DNA from: Acytostelium subglobosum
Lineage: Eukaryota
NCBI RefSeq assembly: GCF_000787575.1
Contig: NW_012236524.1
Location: forward strand, 743,665 to 807,664
Length of the DNA: 64,000 nt
Reading direction: 5' to 3'
The notes below the pieces were generated by a model. It had not been told where the DNA came from and did no database searches. It saw only the letters and a list, made by a program, of their open reading frames with translations. Position numbers and translations under genes: made by a program. Positions 11,068 to 21,284 of this stretch are shown piece by piece; the stretch's first letter is position 1, and every line of letters starts with the position of its first letter.

Positions 11068-13705
11068 ATGAGTAGCAAAGGTTATAAACATCTTGAAGAA
11101 GATGTTGTGGATGATGATGTGGACGAACAAGTTGATATAGATACTCCAGGACATGGTGCGACAAGTCGTGGTACAACAAACCTAAGTAGTAGTAATAATA
11201 ATAATAGTAATAATAATAGTAATAGTAATATAACAAACTTATTGAATGTAACTTATTACATCGATGTTGAGTGTGAATGAACATGGGCATGAATGACCGA
11301 ACTGACTGACTGAATATATCTTTATCTTTAGAGATTGGGCCACAATAATGGAGCTACTGCAGTTGGTGGCGGTAAACAACAGAAGGAGTTCCAGATGGAG
11401 CATTTGAATAAGAGATATAATGATGATAATGATGAGGAAGAGAATGCAGAGAATATTAATAATGATAATAATGATTATGATGAGGAGGATGACGAGAGAT
11501 ACTCACGAGCGAATGATATGTTACTAGACAATGAGGAGCAGTTCTTCAAGACCAACTACTCTGCCACACGATGTCTTCGTCGACTGTTTATATACCTACA
11601 GCCACAGTTCTGGTTCTACATGTTTGGCTTCCTTGCCCTCTCAATCACAACCCTTTGCCAACTATTACTCCCATACTACTTTGGTATGTCATGGTTGCGA
11701 TCACTCTATAAGTCAATCACATGACCCGCAACTGACACTCATTCAATCAATCAATCACTCTTGGAACTATTCCAATCATTCAAACAATCAATCAATGATC
11801 ATATATATATATAGCGTTACAGATTGAGAACACTATGGATCAGGTCGTGATCAATAAGATATTCCTGGATAATCCAAACTTGAACAAGACACAGATGTTG
11901 GAATCGTTTGGACTTAGTCTGGACGAGAACTTCAATTGGTTCGATTCATCAAAGTACTTGTTACTGATCATTGCCGTTCAAGTACCATTTGCATTCGTCC
12001 GTTACATAATGTTCACAATTGCCAGCTTCAACTTTGTAACGCATCTCAAGAACGATCTATTCCGTGCGGTCCTCATGCAAGAGGTCACATACTTTGATCA
12101 AGGCAAGGGCAACGAGCTCAATGCCATCATCACATCAGACACTGTAAGTGTCCACCAACATCCACTACCCTCCAGCTTGATGGCACTAACAGTCAGCCAC
12201 TATATATATAGCTTGTTCTCCAAAACATCGTATCGGTTGCGCTGTCAACATTCTCGCGAAGCATACTACAATGTGGAGGATCAATCTTGATATTGGTGTT
12301 CCTGTCATGGCGCGTCACATTGTTTGTGACATCATTCATTGTGATCTTTGTCGTTGGATATTTGGTGTTCCGCTCGACCATCCTCCCAGATACAAGTACA
12401 TCCAGGAGTTGCAGAATCGCGCATCACAGATCGTCGATATGACCACAACAAACATCACCGAGATACGTCTGCTCAATGCTGAGAGCAAGCAACTGCGATC
12501 ATTCGAGACCGAACTAGAATCAACGCATCGCGCATGCAAGTCATCAGTGTTCACAACTGGATTCTGGATTGTATGTTTGATCGATCAATCACACATCTGA
12601 TGGACTGACTGACTAACCAATCAATCAATCAATCAATTGTAGGCAGTTGGAAGTGTATTGGTGTTCTTGTTGATGGTGGCTGGATTCCTGTTCACTTTGA
12701 GCGAGACTGTGCACAGGACAATCTATCTCTTCCAATATGTGCTGTATGCATTGATGTTGTCAGTGTCTGTCAGTGGCATGTTTGGTATCATTGGCGAATT
12801 CCAGAAGCTGTTGCCATCGTGTCGTCGAATCTTTAGTCTGATCGATCGTCGTCCAAACGTCGCCTTCAGCTCTGGCGTGCCAGCCTCAAACAATGACACC
12901 AACATTGCATTCGACAGCGTATCATTCCATCACAAGAGTGGCAGCACATTGTTGAGCAACATCTCGTTCAAGGTGCCCAAGGGCAAGATGGTCTCTGTCG
13001 TAGGACTATCCACGCAGGCCAAAGACATGCTATTCGCACTCATTCAAGGCATCCATTATCCAACCAAAGGATCACTAATGATTGGCAAGGTTGATACACG
13101 TGCCCTAGACCTCCACAGTTTCCGCGCCATCTGTTATTCAATCACATCCAACACAGTCATCTTTGATGGAACTGTCGAGCAGAGTATGTCAGCGCTCGCA
13201 CTAGATGGATGGGCTGTTCGCTAACATACCTCCACTCAATCAAACAATTAATCAAACAGATATTAGATATGGATTGAATCATTTATCACAACAGAACATC
13301 ATTGAAGCTTCAAAGAAGGCCAAGCTTCATGACTTTATAATAAGTCTACCACAGGGATATGATACGATGTTGGGCAAGGAGCGTATTCTTGGAACAGTTC
13401 ACATTCAAAAGATATCATTGGCACGCGCATACCTGAGAGACCCAGCTGTGTTGCTGGTGGACGAGTCATCATGCATCAACGAGACTGCCGAAGACTTGGT
13501 GACGCCACTGGAACAACTGATGAAGAATAGGACCGTACTGATTGTTGCCAATCGATTGACTACACTCGAGAAGTCACACCACGTCGTTGTGTTTGACGAC
13601 TCGCATGTTGCCAATGTTGGCAGCCACAGCGAACTGTCGCAGCAGTCCACCACACTGTACAAAAACATACGTATGTCTGACTGTCTGACTGTCCATGTCA
13701 CGTGA
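11068..13705 (+). CDS. ABCB-type half transporter (TMD-NBD) with a degenerate, probably non-catalytic NBD. An internal frame change makes it a candidate pseudogene. Proposed exons: join(11068..11247,11332..11683,11815..12143,12212..12570,12643..13183,13260..13705).
   Basis: TMD segments: FYMFGFLALSITTLCQLLLPYYFG, VPFAFVRYIMFTIASFNFVTHLKNDLFRAVLMQEVTYFDQGKGNELNAIITSDT and LVLQNIVSVALSTFSRSILQCGGSILILVFLSWRVTLFVTSFIVIFVVGYLVF.
NBD motifs versus canonical:
- Walker A region: VVGLSTQAKDMLF (canonical GxSGSGKST)
- Q-loop: Q replaced (SITSNTVIF)
- conserved NIRYG block present
- signature: LGKERILGTVHIQKISLARAYL (canonical LSGGQKQRIAIARA)
- Walker B: VLLVDESS
- H-loop: IVANRLTT (His replaced by Asn)
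Five GTAAGT/GTATGT introns. Inside the exon at about 12371-12390 the TMD-like reading frame changes by 1 nt with no possible intron. Confidence 0.6.
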
Positions 13706-14089
13706 CCCCCTTGGTCTATGGTGGACAACCCAACCAAAGATGTCCATTCGACTAACCATCATCATTCCATTCCTCGCACATCACATCACTTCACTTCTCT
13801 GAACACCTGCCTATCATTCACGTTCATTCGTTCATTCAATCAATCATTCAATCAATCATTCATTCACGTTCACCTTCACCTTTCAAACAAAGTGTCCAAA
13901 CAACACTTCATTGCAAGTTCAATACAATAGTTAGTGCTTCACCTAAACACGTGGCTTCCAACGAAGACGACATCACACAGACATCTCCCTGCGCCCATCA
14001 TTGGCGGGCAGGGAACTTTTGCAAACATTCGAAAGTGTGTGAGGGTGATGGAGGCCTTCAGGTGGGTTAGGCCCAAGCCCCCAGTACGG

Positions 14090-14300
14090 TGAGCAACCCC
14101 ACCTGTAGACGACCAAACATTGCCCATGGGTAATTAAAGTCCGGAGCACACGAGCGACCCCGACACTGATTTCTTGTCCCAGATACAAACACACTGTCAT
14201 GTGACCGCAGCTTCTAAAGCCTTGCAGTGGCCAGGCGTTCCCTAAATTTACTTCCATGGGTTAGTCGACTGGCTTGGAACCTTGGCCCCGTCTGATCGTC
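14090..14300 (+). ncRNA. Candidate nuclear RNase P RNA core. The GC-rich non-coding island spans about 13940-14440.
   Basis: GC-rich island with no credible ORF in an otherwise AT-rich spacer. AAAGUCCGGAGC at 14136-14147 matches the universal P4 5'-strand motif AGGAAAGUCCGGGCUCC. GGCUUGGAAC at 14271-14280 matches the human H1 RNA P4 3'-strand motif AGCUUGGAACAGA. The palindrome CCCAUGGG occurs at about 14123 and about 14255, just 5' of each motif, and could form a P2-like helix. A P3 hairpin is not obvious. Confidence 0.3.
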
Positions 14301-16083
14301 GCACGCCACTGTATTGTAATGTGTGTGCTTGCAAAGGACCAATGTGGTGATGTTGCTTGTTTAGAGTTACCTTGTTGGCTCTGCAGCTCCACAAATCATT
14401 CCTGAAACCAAACAAACCGATATCACCACCATCCATTCAAACATCCATCCATCGATAGACTGCTGCAGTCCAGTCCACAAGATGAAATTGATAGGATGGT
14501 TCTCACTTTAGCTTGATTCACTACTTTCAATCATTCATTCCACCCAGTTACATGGCCCAATGGGCCAGACCAACACCCTTGGCGGCCGCCACTCATCATC
14601 ATCCACCCAATATCAGATTGGTTATGTGTTTATTGATTAGTGTCGTCCATCATCTATGTGTGTGTTCTAGACCTCCCAACTAACTCGAACCTACCTGCCT
14701 ACCCCTGGACACTGATGGCCTATCCTACACCTACTCTACACTCTACACCAAATATATTGTAGTGATTGATTGATTGATTGAAGGTCAAGTTAGATATCAC
14801 CATCATCACCATTTGATGTTTTTGTGTGTGATGATATTGAACAAACAACAACAACAACAACTCAGAGTTACTCGCTTGCTTGCTTCCCTTCCATCAACAA
14901 ACCAAAGGAAGGCAAACATAACAAACCAACAAAGATCAGATCACAGACACTCGTAATACATACACAACACATACATACATACACATAACCTTCTACACAA
15001 CAACTTCAACAACCAGGCAGGGTTGATTCAAGTTCATTTTCACAAAGAGTCCTTGTCCAAGTTCAAGTCCAGACAAGACCTGTCACTCAATCAATCAACC
15101 AACCAATCAATCAAACAGTGAAATTGAATCAACTTCAGTTCCAACAGCAACAACAACTAGTACATACAGCTACCCAACTCACTCGCTCTTACTTAGTACG
15201 GTTGACTACTTCTTGGACGCGTCTGAATACCTGTGCCAGACAGCCAGTTAGCATCATCTAGCTAGCAGCTAAAGGCTGTGCCATACCTTCATCCATCTAC
15301 CCTCCTCTCTCCTCCCTCCTCTTTTTCCATCCTTTGAGGTAACTACATTCTTCCATCATCATATTACATTGACATCAGCACCACAAACTCGCGCGACTCG
15401 ACCACACACACACACCCCCACTACCATCCAGACACTTAACACACGAAACCCTTTGAAGTGCAATCGTTATCCAGCTACACACTCTCACACACACAACATC
15501 ATCATAATCATCATCTATGTTATTGGCAATACCCGTTATTATAATTATCACTTGCCTGTCTGATTATTGTGTGTTGTGTGTGTTCCACTACACTTTTCAT
15601 CGATGGTCTGATCGTCGACTGGATGACTCCAACACATGGAAATAACAAACCAAACATGTTTGATTGATTGATTATCTGTTCCAGTTGGCGCGGCCCTGTG
15701 TCAATTCAACAACCAACAACCAACAACCAATCAATCAATCAATCATACACACACACAAACATCATCACATCACATCGGAAAGGAATCTGTCCATTTGCTA
15801 AAGAGCAAGTAGTAGAAGGGTGTGTGTTCCTGATTGTTCAATACACACTTGTTACAGAAACAGAGATCAATCAATCACTCCTTCCCTCATCATCATCATC
15901 ACCACCAATCATCATCATCAATCAAACTATCAATCAATCACGGCAAACCTCAACGACCATGTGTCGATGAGCGGGTTATAGTTATAGTGATGTGGTTATT
16001 GGATATCGATCATCTGTGTTGTCCACTGCGACGTCAACATATATTATTAGCCTATTTAAGTAGTAGGACAGTCCTTCCTTGTG

Positions 16084-16112
16084 ATGTGTGTGTGTGTGTG
16101 TGTGTGTGTGTT
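16084..16112. repeat. (GT)n dinucleotide microsatellite
   Basis: gtgtgtgtgtgtgtgtgtgtgtgtgtgt in the spacer upstream of the TENT5-like gene. Confidence 0.9.
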
Positions 16113-16951
16113 GTGACACTTCCGCAAGGAAGCTTGAAGTTTGGAAGATGGGGATTGATTGATTGATTGAATTTGAATTGGTTTGGATTGGATTGGATTG
16201 TGTGTACAGTGGCAGCAGCGATATGCGATACGATGCGATGCTTGCGATGCCGTAATTGGTGTTGTTGATGATGAAGGTGCAGTGCGGTGCGGTGCAGTGT
16301 TAAGTAGTGCGGTGGCATCCAAATAGAATATAGGAGTGAGTGTAGTAGTAGAGGGGCTGTTTGGCAAAGACAGCCACTCAAACCTAGGACCTAATAATCC
16401 AATCATTCATTAGTCCTATTATTATATCTTTCCAAACTCATTCAAATCATTTATACATTCACTAATCAAATACACCACTTTTGACTTTACTCTTGTTGTA
16501 CTTTATTTAACTATAATAATTATATTTATAAGTATGTTATTAATTAATTTATTATTATGTTGTTATATTCAATTCAATGAATAATAGAATGTGTACAAAC
16601 AGTGTGTCAGCTGACGTGGAATGACCCTTCATGACTCGCGATGTGTTTCGACTTTGGGAGTTTCCTCAACTTCCAGGGTATTTCCCATTTCCACCACAAA
16701 CCACATCTTTGACCCAATCCCAAGCAGCGGAGACATCGAGTTCAATCTCCAACAACACATTCAATCTCAGACCCAACAACAACACAACTTATATAATGTG
16801 TCATTCATTGAGCTCAATCACATGATTACTAACAATTTCGCAGTCTTACTCCCTCCTCAACCTTTGTAATATACAGCGTAGTTCCATTCCATTCTCCAAC
16901 CCTACCCAATCCTCCAACCAACCTCCAATCCCCAACCTCATCCTTTCCAGC

Positions 16952-19264
16952 TTGCCAGCCATCCCATCCATAAACTCAAGAAAACAAACAATGAACACAA
17001 CTGTTGCCGTAGTACCTCAACAGCATTACTCCTTCGTCCAGTCCTCTCCACATTACTTCCCTTACTCTCAATATTATATTACCAACGATCAACAAGTGGC
17101 ACTTCCACAAACATCCCAGCAACAACAGCCACTTCAACAGCAACAGACACAGACAAACACACAGACATTCTGCAGATCATACAACAACAACAACTCACAA
17201 CCTTTGACACCTTTGGTCATTGCACCATTCTTATCAACATCCTCATTCACATCCTCATCTTCATCAACCTCAACCTCTGTATATACCTTCAACAACAACA
17301 ATAATAATAACAACTTGATATCACCAACCAACTCACCTTATATGGCCATTCCATCATCTGTTGCAGCAAACTCTCTGGCGCTGGGCCGCCCAAGGACAAA
17401 GGTTGGATGTAAGAACTCTGCTTGTGGCATGCTGTCAAAGGACCGCATCAACTTGCTGCTCAAGATAATCAAAGAGAAGAATAAGGTATCATCAATCGAT
17501 CATTCTATAACAATTGTTCTGTCGATCGAGGAGATATTGGCACTGATTCTGGAGGAGCTGCATCGTCGCGGCGTGGTCCTGGCCAACTATGGCGTGCGAC
17601 TTGTTGGCAGCACGGCGTCGGCGATCATCAACAGTCGACAGACCACGGCCGAGCAGTCGTCGGCCTTTTACAACGACATTGATCTAAGTCTGTACATCAC
17701 TCGTCATTCGGACTTTGCCACGCTGCTCGACATTGAGGAAACGATAATCGTGGCCGAGGTGCGTCGCCAGACTGGTCGCGAGCTCACCAAGAAGGACGTG
17801 TTTGATCAGTTCTTCCGCGAGCGTGTCAAGGTGAACAACCGCGAGCACGACGCTGACAAGGACACGGACAACTGGTCGCTCATCACCATTGGACATGAGA
17901 AGGAGCGTCTCATCGACATCAAGTTTGTCAAGAAGATCCAGCGACCCTACGCATTCTCGATCGACTCATTCCACATCATCCTTGATCCCCTGGTCAAGGA
18001 CTACATGTCACTGTTGCCAAGCTGTGAGAAGAAGGACACGGTGATTGAGTCAATGGACCTCATCGACACCTCCTCCAGTCCCATCCCCATCATAATGACA
18101 CCATCTTTGTCAGCCAGCTCGTCCGAGGCCGTGTCGCCATCGACCTCTCCAGCACCCTCAACATCATCCTCATCAAGCTCGTCACCGCGCACCAATGGTG
18201 GCTTCCCATTTGTAAACATCAATGCCTCCTCATTTGAACGCGAGGAGGAGACACCTGTATCATCACCAACATCACCATTGCCATCGCCATCGCCCTGGAG
18301 TGCCGTCAGCCAGGTGTGGTCGTCAATGCCCACCAGCGCTGCCAACACCTCCAGTCGCGACCAACAGCTGCAATCCAGAGACGACTTGGACTTCCCTCCA
18401 TTGATCCCTGTACATTCATGTAAACCAGCAACCTCTTTGCACTGCGACCTTAGCAAGCTCGAGAGTGCACTCTCTCCCCGTGACCCACCAACTCCAACCA
18501 AGCCACCAGCATTGACCATCACCAACTCGCTCACCCCACCAGCCGCTGGCACTCCTGGCGCCAACACCAACAACAATCCACTGTATCGTGTACAAGTCTT
18601 TAGCGTTTATGGCAACTTCCACAAGGCCAAGCAAGACTTGGAGAACAATCTGTTGGTGACAAAGGATCCACATCTGATAAGGAGAGGTATATTTAGGTAT
18701 TGTGCCGAGATGGCCAAGGGCCGCATATCAAGCAATCCAAGCCTGTTCAACGAGGTGTTCCGCGAGAGCTTCTTCACTCAGGACAAGATGAAGCCAGCAG
18801 AGTTTGAAAAGACTTTGCTCAAATATGTCATCAAGCATCGAGCTGAGGCCAAGAGCTTCCTCAAGCATCTAGAGTCCATCCTCATCCAGCCCTACACTCC
18901 CAGTCCTTCAAGTTCAGTGACTGGCACACCCACAAGCTCACCTCAACTTCATGGTATCTCAACATCATCATCGTCATCGCCAGTGTCAAGGCCACCCTCG
19001 CCACAGGTTATCTTTGATCTTGAGGACAACAACAGCAGTGTTGTCAACAACATTGTCAACAACAACAATGCCAACAACAACATAAGCAGTAACAGCGAGA
19101 CCAAGTTCGATGTATACTACTTTGATTATCTGAATATCATTGCCAACATACGCCAATCACTTCATTGTGATGATAAGTTTGATCAACTGTGTAGTAGCAA
19201 GTTGCAACACGATGGCACTTCAATGTCCATGTTTCCCAACAACAACAACAAGCAAGGTTGTTAA
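16952..19264 (+). CDS. TENT5/FAM46-family non-canonical nucleotidyltransferase (poly(A) polymerase-like) with long low-complexity N- and C-terminal extensions
   Basis: 770-aa ORF. The core aligns with FAM46: GVRLVGSTASAII with VRLNGSAASHVL; DIDLSLYI with DLDLIF; KVNNREHDADKDTDNWSLITIGHEKERLIDIKFVKKIQRPYAFSIDSFHIILDPLV with [49 protein letters not shown]. The C-terminal LIRRGIFRYCAEMAKG region matches LLKYCNLLVRGFRP. Poly-Q, poly-N and poly-S tracts flank the core. Confidence 0.7.
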   Translation: MPAIPSINSRKQTMNTTVAVVPQQHYSFVQSSPHYFPYSQYYITNDQQVALPQTSQQQQPLQQQQTQTNTQTFCRSYNNNNSQPLTPLVIAPFLSTSSFTSSSSSTSTSVYTFNNNNNNNNLISPTNSPYMAIPSSVAANSLALGRPRTKVGCKNSACGMLSKDRINLLLKIIKEKNKVSSIDHSITIVLSIEEILALILEELHRRGVVLANYGVRLVGSTASAIINSRQTTAEQSSAFYNDIDLSLYITRHSDFATLLDIEETIIVAEVRRQTGRELTKKDVFDQFFRERVKVNNREHDADKDTDNWSLITIGHEKERLIDIKFVKKIQRPYAFSIDSFHIILDPLVKDYMSLLPSCEKKDTVIESMDLIDTSSSPIPIIMTPSLSASSSEAVSPSTSPAPSTSSSSSSSPRTNGGFPFVNINASSFEREEETPVSSPTSPLPSPSPWSAVSQVWSSMPTSAANTSSRDQQLQSRDDLDFPPLIPVHSCKPATSLHCDLSKLESALSPRDPPTPTKPPALTITNSLTPPAAGTPGANTNNNPLYRVQVFSVYGNFHKAKQDLENNLLVTKDPHLIRRGIFRYCAEMAKGRISSNPSLFNEVFRESFFTQDKMKPAEFEKTLLKYVIKHRAEAKSFLKHLESILIQPYTPSPSSSVTGTPTSSPQLHGISTSSSSSPVSRPPSPQVIFDLEDNNSSVVNNIVNNNNANNNISSNSETKFDVYYFDYLNIIANIRQSLHCDDKFDQLCSSKLQHDGTSMSMFPNNNNKQGC

Positions 19265-19508
19265 TGTACATCTAACCAATAAACCATAATGATGTTCAGA
19301 TCTTTCAATCCAGAACACTCTGATTGAGTGATTATGTGTCCAAGATGTAGTGTTGTGTAACCCCCTATTGATGGTCACTAGGGACCAGGACATCGCTGAT
19401 CGTTTGTGTGTGTTGGACTAAAACCAAAGTGACATTTGATCAGATGATTCGTCGTGACATTCATTATCAATCAATCAAACACAACTACAAATATTGGCAC
19501 CTAATAAC

Positions 19509-21015
19509 ATGTTGTCAACATTAGGTCGATCACAGATCACTCTACAAAAGGTCCTAAAGGCTCAAGTTGGTGGAGGCCTCCACCCACTAACCTTCACACC
19601 TATGGCCAGGTACACAACCATCACATCTTCAAAGTCAATGCTCAACACCGGTCACAACATCAATGTTGGTGCAAGACAAATGCGCTCTACACTCTTTTCA
19701 AGATCATCATCGTCATCAATCATAAATGTCGACACCCCATTCAATGTCATTGGCCGCAACAGCAACAGCAACATGAGCAGAAGTTACACAAGCACATCAT
19801 CATCATCATCAACTCAAGAACAAGAGAGTCAGAAACAAGAGCAGAAGCAAGAACAAGAAGAAGAGGTGGTCGAGGACATTGGTAGAAAGAGAGTTGGAAG
19901 ATGGTTGTTGTTCTCAGCTGGACTTGTTGGTGTGATGGTTGTAGTTGGTGGCATCACAAGACTCACTGAATCAGGTCTATCAATGGTCGAATGGAAGCCC
20001 ATCGTCGGTGCCATTCCACCACTCACTCAACAACAATGGGAGGAAGAGTTTGATCGATACAAGCAGTATCCCGAGTATCAAAAGTATGTTGTTACCTGAC
20101 CTCGGTTGAAACCATCCCAACCCCAACTAACTCACAATCACATCTAGATTGAACAAAGGAATGACATTGAATGAGTTCAAACAGATATTCTTCTGGGAGT
20201 ACTCACATAGATTGATGGGCAGAATGATTGGTGTGGCATTCTTCTTCCCCTTTGTCTATTACTTGCGCAAGGGATACATCGATAGGACTCTGGCAAAGAA
20301 GTTGACGGCGATATTCTTGCTCGGTGGAGCACAGGGCGCACTCGGCTGGTACATGGTCAAGTCTGGATTGGACGAGAAGTTGATCGTGGGCGAAGTGCCA
20401 CGTGTCAGCCAATACAGACTGGCCGCACATCTTGGCTCGGCCTTTGTAATCTACTCCTCACTGCTCTGGTATGGTTTGGACCTGGTGTCGCCGAGACTCT
20501 CCCAGGCGGTCAAAGCAGGACTCAAACCAAATGCAGCGACACTCAGTGTCCTGCGCTACGCCTCGCCTGTCGCCGGCATGATCTTCCTGACGGCCATGTC
20601 TGGCGCATTCGTAGCCGGTCTAGACGCCGGATTAATATATAACACATTCCCACTGATGGGAGGCCAGTGGGTGCCCGAGGACCTGATCAATCCACGCATC
20701 CAACCAGCCTACAAGAACATGTTTGAGCACGATGTCACCGTGCAGTTCCAGCATCGTGTGCTGGCCACACTGACCTACGCCTCAATCCTCGGTCTGACAC
20801 AATTGGCTCGCCGTGGACGTGGTGGACTAACACCTCGCGCGAGATTGGCCGCCAACAGTCTGGCTGTGATGGGCACTGCACAAGTGATCCTTGGTATCTC
20901 CACACTCCTAACATTCGTCCCAGTCTCACTTGGAGCCAGTCATCAAGCTGGATCCCTTACACTCCTTTCCATAGCCATCTGGTTACTACATGAGTTAAAG
21001 AAGTTGCCTAAGTAA
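19509..21015 (+). CDS. cox15: COX15 heme A synthase (mitochondrial), 2 exons. Proposed exons: join(19509..20083,20148..21015).
   Basis: Mitochondrial-presequence-like N-terminus. [31 protein letters not shown] is joined over a GTATGT...CTAAC...TAG intron to [34 protein letters not shown]. Human COX15 has [32 protein letters not shown]. Conserved His-containing TM segments follow ([23 protein letters not shown]). Confidence 0.8.
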
Positions 21016-21284
21016 ATAAACTTGATTGTGTGTGCGAGGGTATGTTTATGTGTGTGCGAGGGAAAGTGTGTGAGGGCCAAGACCCCACATCGACCTTCAT
21101 GATGGATCATAAATTGAACAATTGTGATTGATTGATTGAATGGTTCAATGTGTATATTAGTATAAGTATAAAGTATAAAGTGTAGTAGTAGTAGAAGTAG
21201 TAGTATAAGTAATACATATATATATATAATTAGAAGTATAGGACAGGACAGACGAACTACTGAACGAACTGATCGATCAATCAC

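Noticed and set aside
13939-14436. Three overlapping minus-strand ORFs (62-94 aa) in the GC-rich island, as possible protein genes
   Set aside because: They lie in different frames, have an odd Gly/Arg/Cys/His-rich composition and no start/intron context, and match no family. The absence of stop codons is the expected result of local GC richness. The island is better explained as a structural RNA candidate (see findings).
14450-16950. A 2.5-kb spacer with short ORFs (for example 15834..16166 and 16052..16406) and long homopolymer/CA-rich runs, as a possible degenerate transposon
   Set aside because: There are no terminal repeats, target-site duplications or transposase-like coding potential. 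It looks like low-complexity intergenic DNA, probably the extended promoter/5' region of the TENT5-like gene.
18001-18673. Minus-strand ORFs of 191 and 85 aa inside the TENT5-like gene
   Set aside because: Antisense shadow ORFs within a long sense ORF that has a conserved FAM46 core.
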